From IMG/VR virus record IMGVR_UViG_3300030103_003222, positions 1 to 64,000 of that record: a DNA stretch of 64,000 nucleotides. One strand, 5' to 3'. This document shows positions 17,801 through 25,600 of this stretch, one piece after another (positions within the stretch are counted from its first letter, which is position 1; the number at the start of each line of letters is the position of its first letter). Below the pieces are notes generated by a model. It was given only the letters and a program-made list of their open reading frames with translations, did no database searches and had not been told where the DNA came from. The translations under genes and the position numbers were made by a program. This DNA is from a virus.

Positions 17801-18111
17801 GCGACCGCTGCACCTGCCATGATGTTCTCGTCATCAAGAACTTGAACCGCTGGTTCAAGGAAAAGTGGGTGGACGTCAGCCGCAAAGACAAGGACGGTAA
17901 GCACCCGCCCTGTGGCCGTTCCAAAGCCAAGAAGGGCAGCAAGGGCTACCCCAAGTGCCGTCCGTCTGTCAAGGTCAGCGACAAGACACCGAAGACCAGT
18001 GGCTCGATGAGCGAAGGTCAGAAGCGTGCAGCCACCAAGCGCAAGCGTGCGAAAAAGCAGGGCGTCGGCGGCAAGCCAACCATCGTCAAAGGATGGGTCG
18101 GTGTTAAGTAG
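17797..18111 (+). CDS. Small basic protein (DUF5872-like pattern)
   Basis: LNRWFKEKWVDV...CGRS...YPKCRP...KTPKT; very K/R-rich. Confidence 0.75.
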   Translation: MSDRCTCHDVLVIKNLNRWFKEKWVDVSRKDKDGKHPPCGRSKAKKGSKGYPKCRPSVKVSDKTPKTSGSMSEGQKRAATKRKRAKKQGVGGKPTIVKGWVGVK

Positions 18112-18133
18112 AGGTCACAGGAGAGGTCAAATT

Positions 18134-19360
18134 ATGTGGGGGTCGGCGCTTATCGAAGTCGAAGACATCCCTCACGACACCGTGTTTGAAGAAAAAATCT
18201 CAATCATGCAGAAGTCCTACTCATTTGCCCCCAACGGTGACGGTTGGTTTGAAGCAAAGACGGGCACGACTGCGGACGCCATGGTCAAGCGACTGCGCAA
18301 AGCACGTCGTCACAACAAAGACGCAAAAGACGACATCGACGCGCTCATTGGTGACATCCGCATGATGAAGGCCTTAGAAGCGGAAATGACCATCCGCAAT
18401 CTCTCATGGGGCATTGGGAAAGAAGATGCCATCAAAGGGCTGGGTTTGTCTGACCGCTCGTTGAAGCACTTGCGCCAGTTTGGCGAGTCGCGTAGCGTAT
18501 CTCTGCAGAAGGCTTGCTTGCTATGGCAAAAAGCCGAGTCTACGTTGAAGATGCTCGATGAGCACGAAGACGTGTGGGGCGCTGAAGAGCAACAGGCGTG
18601 GGCAAATGCGATGCGTGACCGTAGCGATGCGCGAAAGATGTGGCGCACGGCCTTGTTTCAGGCCGACAAATTGTCAAAGAAGGAGCAGGACTACCTCTCA
18701 TTTGCGGCTGAAGAATTGCTGCAAAAGGGACCGATGAAGGCTGCTGAGATTCGCATTAACATGAATGATGCGGGCATCGTGAAAAAGTCCTACACGGACA
18801 AGAAGTTCTCCATGCTACTCTCACTCTATGGTGAGGAATACGACATCATCAAAGGCGCTCAACGTGGGACATACGTTCGCATCACCACCGATGGACTGGT
18901 GATGAAGGATTCGTGGGCCTACGGCGCTGGCTTTCTCGATGCTGACGGCTACATCACCATCACCGAAAGAGGCGAACCTCGTGCGGGCTTGATTGCTACA
19001 GGCGACCGTGGTAGGACACACTGCGAAGACCTCTATAAAACGCTGGACTGCGGGGTGCTTCAGTTGGACAGCAAGGTGTATCACAAAGCCTCGCAGCGAA
19101 GTCAACACCGTCTTCAGTTCTATTCCAAAGCCGACCTACGGAAGTTCCTTACCGGGGTCCTACCTCACCTGCGTATGAAGTCGACGCAGGCAAAGGCCGT
19201 CCTCGCCTTCATTGACGAGAAGGACGTCACTCGAAAGCAGGAACTCAAACGCCTTGTGCGCTATGAAAACTGGAAAGACCACACGAAGAAGTCTGCTGAA
19301 CTTCTGAGTGGTTGGGGTATTGACGCTGACACTGTCGGCACTTACGCGGAGGGTCTGTGA
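18134..19360 (+). CDS. Protein with helical N-terminus and a single C-terminal LAGLIDADG endonuclease-like domain
   Basis: AYGAGFLDADGYITI...LPHLRMKSTQAKAVLAF; GAGAGGT SD before ATG 18134. Confidence 0.8.
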   Translation: MWGSALIEVEDIPHDTVFEEKISIMQKSYSFAPNGDGWFEAKTGTTADAMVKRLRKARRHNKDAKDDIDALIGDIRMMKALEAEMTIRNLSWGIGKEDAIKGLGLSDRSLKHLRQFGESRSVSLQKACLLWQKAESTLKMLDEHEDVWGAEEQQAWANAMRDRSDARKMWRTALFQADKLSKKEQDYLSFAAEELLQKGPMKAAEIRINMNDAGIVKKSYTDKKFSMLLSLYGEEYDIIKGAQRGTYVRITTDGLVMKDSWAYGAGFLDADGYITITERGEPRAGLIATGDRGRTHCEDLYKTLDCGVLQLDSKVYHKASQRSQHRLQFYSKADLRKFLTGVLPHLRMKSTQAKAVLAFIDEKDVTRKQELKRLVRYENWKDHTKKSAELLSGWGIDADTVGTYAEGL

Positions 19361-21102
19361 TGGCTGAAGAAGAACGAGGACCAGTCAGCCGATTTTTGTC
19401 GGCCATCGCCAGCCCATTTCGACGTCGCACGACGCCGCAGCCGCAAATGCCCCTCTACACCACGGGCATTCAGGAACCTGTGCTCGCACAGGGTATCACC
19501 ATCCCATCGCTGTATGCGGTCAGTCACGAAAACCTGATTCTACGCACGGTTCAATCCAAACTCCAGCAAGAGGTCTTCAGGCGTGGCTACTACTGGGAGA
19601 AGCGTTTTGAGTCCAAGTGCATCGAATGTGAAGAGGAGTTCAATCACTCAGTCGACGTCTGCAAGTCCTGCGGTGGTGAGGTTCGCAAGCCTGACCCTGA
19701 GCAAGTCATTTACGCCAAATGGCTGCTAAATCAAGAGAACTCGATGGAGCAGTCCTTCATGCAAGTCTTGCGTGAAGTTGAAAACGACCTCAACATCGTG
19801 GATGACGCCTTTCTCATTCTTATCAAGGAGTATTACGTTGACCCTGAATCGGGCGATATTGCCTTTTTCCGCGTCAAGGAAATCATTCGAGGCGACCCTA
19901 TCTTCATGCGCATCATCGCAGACAAGCGTGGTGTCCGTGGTGGGCGGTATAAGGTGTGCCGCATCCATCGCGACCAAGTCGCATACCCCGGTCAAGAATC
20001 GAAATGTCAGACCTGTGGCTCACGCATGGTTGACGCACACTACGTCAACATGGCTGGGAGCGGTAAGAACCAGTATTTCACCAAGGGCGAAGTCATCCAC
20101 ATCAGCAAGTATAACCCGTCCAAACTCTACGGGCGCAGTCCTGTCAACACCATGTGGCGACAGGCGATGAGCCTCACGGCCATGGACAACTACATCTACA
20201 CCGCGTATCAGAAGCGACGCACGCCAAAAGGCATCATTTCCGTCACCACTGATAATCTTGAGTCGATGAAGTCGTTTTGGAAATCTGTCGATGAGAAGAT
20301 GGAGCGTGACCCGCACTACGTGCCGAAGGTCGGTATCGAAAGTCAGACTGGGCGCGGTGGTGTGAACTGGGTCAAGTTCATGGACACGTTGGAAGAGATG
20401 CAATACATCGCTGTGCGCGACGAGATTCGCAACCGTATCGCGGCGTATTACGGTGTCTCGTCCATCTTCATGATTGACAACGGTAAGTCTGGTGGCCTCA
20501 ACAACGAGGGGTTGCAGATTCTTGTCACCAACCGCGCAGTCGAGTTTGGTCAGAAGGTCTACACCGACGTTCTGTTCCCCCGTATGTTGCGTGAGATGGA
20601 TGTCTCAGATTGGAAACTCACTCTCTATCCCAATGAGGAAGAAGACGAAATCACTCGCCTGCGACGCGACGAGATGGAGGTCAACCTCGCTCAGCGTATG
20701 GCTATGCTCGGCTATAAGCCGGAATTGCTTGAAGAAGGCGACCGCGACATTCGCTTTGTCTACAAGCAACAGGAAGAGCAACAGGGTGGGCAACAGGGTG
20801 GGCAACCCGGTATGCCTCCGGGTATGCCTCCCGGTATGCCTCCGGGTATGCCACCGGGTGGTGCAATGCCTCCGGGTGGTGCAATGCCTCCGGGTGGCGC
20901 GATGCCGCCCATACCTCCCTCTCAACCGGGCGGTGAAGGTGCGGGCATTCGCACACCGCGTTCACCGGCTCGGCCGCAGGCTCGCGGTAGTCCGGGTGCA
21001 GGCTCACCTGTAACCAGCGTTCAGCAGCGAGGTCCAGCACCCACGCAGGGGATGCAGAACTCAAGAGCGATTGGCGATGCGCGACGACTTCGCGGGGCTT
21101 AA
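19360..21102 (+). CDS. Portal protein with Zn-ribbon insertions and Pro/Gly/Met-rich tail
   Basis: EVIHISKY...LYGRSPV, IAAYYGVS, GGLNNE; position after TerL and before the protease; CIEC/CKSC and CRIH/CQTC. Confidence 0.9.
   Translation: MAEEERGPVSRFLSAIASPFRRRTTPQPQMPLYTTGIQEPVLAQGITIPSLYAVSHENLILRTVQSKLQQEVFRRGYYWEKRFESKCIECEEEFNHSVDVCKSCGGEVRKPDPEQVIYAKWLLNQENSMEQSFMQVLREVENDLNIVDDAFLILIKEYYVDPESGDIAFFRVKEIIRGDPIFMRIIADKRGVRGGRYKVCRIHRDQVAYPGQESKCQTCGSRMVDAHYVNMAGSGKNQYFTKGEVIHISKYNPSKLYGRSPVNTMWRQAMSLTAMDNYIYTAYQKRRTPKGIISVTTDNLESMKSFWKSVDEKMERDPHYVPKVGIESQTGRGGVNWVKFMDTLEEMQYIAVRDEIRNRIAAYYGVSSIFMIDNGKSGGLNNEGLQILVTNRAVEFGQKVYTDVLFPRMLREMDVSDWKLTLYPNEEEDEITRLRRDEMEVNLAQRMAMLGYKPELLEEGDRDIRFVYKQQEEQQGGQQGGQPGMPPGMPPGMPPGMPPGGAMPPGGAMPPGGAMPPIPPSQPGGEGAGIRTPRSPARPQARGSPGAGSPVTSVQQRGPAPTQGMQNSRAIGDARRLRGA
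20779..20910 (+). repeat. Coding tandem repeats (QQGG x2, PGMP x4, PGGAMP x3) in the portal C-terminus
   Basis: CAACAGGGTGGG x2, CC[CG]GGTATGCC[TA] x4, CCGGGTGG[TC]GC[AG]ATGCC x3. Confidence 0.9.
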
Positions 21103-21144
21103 TGCTTTAAGCAGGAGCGTTCTACGGGGAACAGAGGGACTTCG

Positions 21145-21495
21145 ATGGACCTACTCAAAATGCACCCGATGGCTCGAAAAATGGCTGTTCACAGCGAAGC
21201 CTTTGCGAAGGCGCTGGAAAGCGGTAACGCACAAGATGCGCAAGACCACATCAACGAGGTGTTGAAGTTCGCCGGCTTCCTTTCAGACGACATTCACGGC
21301 GCCATTGTCAAGGCTGAAACCGACAAGCACAACGAAATCGCCGGCAACATGATTCAGAAGATGAACGTGACCGGGCAGAAGTTCGATGTTGCTCAGCGCG
21401 CTGATGTTCTTCCCGGCACCATCATCGCCGCTCGCACGCACAACCGTGCTCGCGTTCACCGTGGCACCTTTGGCCGTTTCGTCCCCGACTCGTGA
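21145..21495 (+). CDS. Hypothetical head-module protein
   Basis: 116 aa; TTTAAG box and GAGGG upstream; LLK|M and IVK|A motifs. Confidence 0.75.
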   Translation: MDLLKMHPMARKMAVHSEAFAKALESGNAQDAQDHINEVLKFAGFLSDDIHGAIVKAETDKHNEIAGNMIQKMNVTGQKFDVAQRADVLPGTIIAARTHNRARVHRGTFGRFVPDS

Positions 21496-21504
21496 GGTGA
21501 GCAG

Positions 21505-21840
21505 ATGACGGAGGAAGTGTCCACGACAGAGCGCTTGATGAACGCGCTCATTTCCAAAATGGAAGCCATGGACAGCGATGTGCAGGCGTTGAAGGCTGAA
21601 AATGCCAATCTCCGAAAGGCACTTCGCGACCCTTCAGCCATGCTCCGCAAGGCAGGATTCGTCTCCGCAACCACCCCATTGAGCGAAGACGTCCCCCAAG
21701 ACCCCTTCCGTGCCGATAGTGGTGCGCTGCTCAAGGGTGAGCAGGGAGGCTTCCCCTCAAACGCTGAGATTCATCAGATGTCTTGGGACGATATTCACGA
21801 AATGGCCGAGCAGGCTCGTTCCGTGGAGGTGGTGCCTTGA
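21505..21840 (+). CDS. Small coiled-coil scaffold-like protein
   Basis: GAGGTGA SD; C-terminal MSWDDIHEMA matches the protease/scaffold C-terminus MSWDEVHSLA. Confidence 0.7.
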   Translation: MTEEVSTTERLMNALISKMEAMDSDVQALKAENANLRKALRDPSAMLRKAGFVSATTPLSEDVPQDPFRADSGALLKGEQGGFPSNAEIHQMSWDDIHEMAEQARSVEVVP

Positions 21841-22646
21841 AGCCGATTCCCAGCCCAGCATCCCGCGAAGCCATGGACCTGCTCAACAAGGCGATGCGCC
21901 TGCTTCAAAAAGCCGAAGAACTCGACATGGTCGAGCACGAGGGCGAAGAGGTCCCCGCTTTTGCTGCTGACGGCAAAGGCCCCAAGGACAAGAAGAAGGG
22001 CAAAAAGTGCCCTGAGTGTCAGGGTGAGGGCGACGACTGCGAATGTGACGATGAAGACGAAGGGCCTCAAGACGAGGGCGACGACGACATCAAACTGGAA
22101 AAAGGCAAGTGCAAGTGCAAGAAGGGCGAATCTTGTCGCGATTGCGAAAAGTGCCCTGAATGTGGCGGGGCCATGAACAAGGGCAATTGCATGAAGATGA
22201 ACTGCGGTGGGCCAACTAAGATGGCTAAGGCCAAGTGCGACTGCAAGAAGGGCGAATCTTGTCGCGATTGCGAAAAGTGCCCTGAATGCGGTGCTAAGAT
22301 GGTAAAGGGCGCTTGCATGAAGATGAACTGCGGTGCAAAAATGCAGAAGGCCCAACCCGGTTTCTCGACCACGTTTGGTTTTGAGCCTCAGAACATCATG
22401 TTCGCATCCGAGTCCGGTGGGCAGACGCGCAACGCGTATTATTCCACCAACCAGTATGTCATCAACTCGCAAGATGTTACCAACAAGGGCGGTCAATCGT
22501 CTTCTATCAACTTCGACGGACTTTCTGCTCAATTGAATCCACATGATGGTGGCGGCGTTGACCGACAAGTGCAGGGTGAGACACTCACCAAGCAACAGAT
22601 TGTCAAAATCCGCGATATTGTCAGGAAGTCAGGGCTTCAGGGGTGA
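21837..22646 (+). CDS. Cys/Lys-rich protein with duplicated 42-aa metal-binding repeat
   Basis: GGAGGTGG SD then TTG 21837; CKKGESCRDCEKCPECG...CMKMNCG twice. Confidence 0.8.
   Translation: MKPIPSPASREAMDLLNKAMRLLQKAEELDMVEHEGEEVPAFAADGKGPKDKKKGKKCPECQGEGDDCECDDEDEGPQDEGDDDIKLEKGKCKCKKGESCRDCEKCPECGGAMNKGNCMKMNCGGPTKMAKAKCDCKKGESCRDCEKCPECGAKMVKGACMKMNCGAKMQKAQPGFSTTFGFEPQNIMFASESGGQTRNAYYSTNQYVINSQDVTNKGGQSSSINFDGLSAQLNPHDGGGVDRQVQGETLTKQQIVKIRDIVRKSGLQG
22116..22337 (+). repeat. 126-nt-period direct repeat in the Cys-rich gene
   Basis: TGCAAGAAGGGCGAATCTTGTCGCGATTGCGAAAAGTGCCCTGAATG is identical at 22116 and 22242. Confidence 0.9.
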
Positions 22647-22652
22647 GCCTGT

Positions 22653-25600
22653 GTGGAGGAAGACCCAGCGGAGGTCTACATTCGCGCCCGTAATGACCTG
22701 CTGAAAAGCGCGGTTGATTTTCACGATTACGAAGACAACATCGCGAACTACGCGTTTGCGAAACTCAGTCTTGAGCACCACGGTATCGAGTTCGAGCCGC
22801 TGTGGGAAGACCGTCTTTGTGAGTCCATCCTCAAATCTGCTTTCAGGACTAAACTCGATGCAGAACCAGCCCTCTCTGAGAACGCTCTGCTCGACTTGCA
22901 GGTCAACAACCCTGAACTTGCTCGGGAATACGCGGAGGCGTTGGGCGAACTCAAAGATGCGCGTAACGCAATGAGTGGTAGCGTTAGTGTCGATGAGATG
23001 TTGAGTTTCGGCAAACTTTCTGACCGCGTCGCTGCGCTTGAAGCACAGGTAACTGGACGCAGCACTGAGCAGCAGAAAGAGGAAGGAGCGCTCGGTGGAA
23101 ACATCAGCGATGAGGCTGCTCGAATCCCCCAGCATACCTTCTCTGACCGCATCGTGGAACACTCTCTACGCGACATTCATCGAATGTGGCCTCAAGTCAA
23201 ACCTATCGGTCGCTATGACGAGTCTTTCCTGAGTGACGGTCACGGTTTGCTCTCCTATGACCCGACAGACCCGACAGGTCGTCCCATGTGGGCGCGTTTG
23301 CTTCGTGGTTTCTATCTACCTCAACCCTATCAGAAGGGCGACAAGAACTTGCGAATGTCGCTGGCCGAACGATACGCCTCCGCTGAGTTGGCGCACCTCA
23401 AGGCCAACAAGGGCAAGCGAGCCTTTGAGCCTCGAAAGCGTAGCGGTGCTGAAGATGAAGAGCATATCCCTCACTTTGGGCCACTGATGTCCACCTCGCA
23501 CGCCGTCTATGAGCAAGCGTATCAGGCGTGGCGTCAAAGTCGCGGCGGAAAACTGTCTGAACTGATGGTCTTTGCAGATACCGAAAACCCAGTCGAGCGA
23601 GACTATCGCATGCGTGAAGAGCACTTCAAGGCGGTTGAAGACCACGCTTGGTTCAGCACTGGTATCGGGGGTAACGTCGACCCCAAAAGCACCATGAGTC
23701 AAGAGGAAATCGCGGAGCGTGGTATCAACGACCCCGAGTCATTGGAGGAATATGACATTGACCATGGCTTTGGGATTTGGCCGTATCTTCTTGGTTTGGA
23801 CTTTTTGCCACCTGCCGACATGCACCGTGTCTTGAAACACATTGACGAACACGGCACCGATAAAGCAGACCAGCAAATTGTGAAACTCAGCGGCCCGGTT
23901 CCTTTTATCGACATGGGGCGTGTGAAGCGTGACTTCGCTCAGCGTTTCACCCCTCTTTTCCACGCTGCGGCGCGGAACGCACATCACCCCGGAGCCACCA
24001 TGCGCAAGCGCAACGAAGGGTCGAGGTTGACCGACGCTCGTGGTTTTGAAGGCCTCGAAAGGGACAACCTCTTCTACGCTCTCAGTCACACTCCTCACCC
24101 AAGCAATCCTGACAGGACGTTGCGCGATTTCGTCAACGAGCGCTTTTCACGTTATATGAACCCCGGAGATACAGAGGACGATGTCGTTGACGAGAACTAT
24201 CCCATTCCCAACATCACTGCTGCACTCGCCAAGAATATGGAGGGTAACACACCCGAGGAGAATCGGGAATTACTCGGTAGACTGAAACCCGCATACGCAC
24301 ATTCTGAACACAGCGTGAACTGGTTCCTCGGGAGAGACAAGGACGGTGCGCTCATCAATGACCACCCCCTCTATCCTGATGCTACCGATGCAAACCACCC
24401 TGCTGGGCAGGAAGATTTGATTGAGCGTCTGCACGATGCCTCTGACGAACTCACTGATGCTGTGATGTCTTCCAAGTTTTCACGTGACATTGACGCCTTC
24501 TATCATCTCGGGAACAACGTCCCATCGCTTGACGACATCCCCGAGTCTGAGCGAGAATCGTGGCTACGCGCCGATGACGGCTCTTTGCTCGGTCTTGCAC
24601 ATTACTGGGGCAAGCCGTTCCACTACGAGGGTGGTTATGGGAAGCATCCCAAGATGCTGATTGAAATGCTACATCAGATGTGGCCCGGTGAGCGTTCTCC
24701 TTTCGGTCAACTCGAAGGCGGTCGCATTACGCCGAACGAGGATGCACTCGGCCTCACCAGCCGCTACATCTCAATGGGTTTTGCACCTGAAACACAACAC
24801 GCGGGCAGTCCACGTGTTCAGTTGTCATTCTTCAACGCCTCTCAACCAAGGAGTGAAACGGCAAAGCGTCGCTCTCGCACTCGAAATCAGGCAGCATTCC
24901 ACGGCAAAGTCAGCACTTCACCGGCATATTCCAATTCGGTTGCTGGCAAAAGCGACGACGAGATTCGTCAAGTCACTGGCGGTAAGGTGCAGAAATTTTC
25001 TCTTGATAATACCGGATGGACCACGGGCGACTCCTATGGCGCGATTGGCTCCAAGCAACGCTTCACGATGCGGGAAAGGGCATCTCGTTGGTGGCACTGG
25101 TTGGCTACGCGAATGCGCACTGGCTCAGGTGAAATCCCCGACAAGTTTCATTCGCAGCAAGAGATGGAAGCCGGTAACGTTGAGCGCACTCGTGGCACAA
25201 AGCGTGAGTTTGACCGCTTGCAGGGGTGGGCTGATAAGGACAAGACTTCATCGAAGAAGTTTGCTGAAATGCTGGATGAGGCGGGTCATGACGAAGCCGT
25301 TGACGAAATCACCCTCAATCACTTGTCCGACACACAATTGGCTTTGGAAGAAGCACTTCAGGAAGAGTTCTCTTCCTCGTTCAAAGATGAAATCGGCAAC
25401 GCTTCTTCTGAAGAAGTGCAAGCGCTCATTGCAGGTGTTGAAGACCCCAACAAGCGCGCTGACATGATGCGTCGCTTCCGTGAAATCTACGACTCCAGCG
25501 GAATCGTTGACGCCCATCGCGAGTTCGATGAGATGATGGAGTCCTACGAGCGGGTCGGTGAAAGCGAGTTTGACCCATCGAAAGATGACTTCAGCAGACG

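Noticed and set aside
18900-19360. Intein or group I intron around the LAGLIDADG domain
   Set aside because: No Cys/Ser start or His-Asn end splice motifs, and no interrupted host gene.
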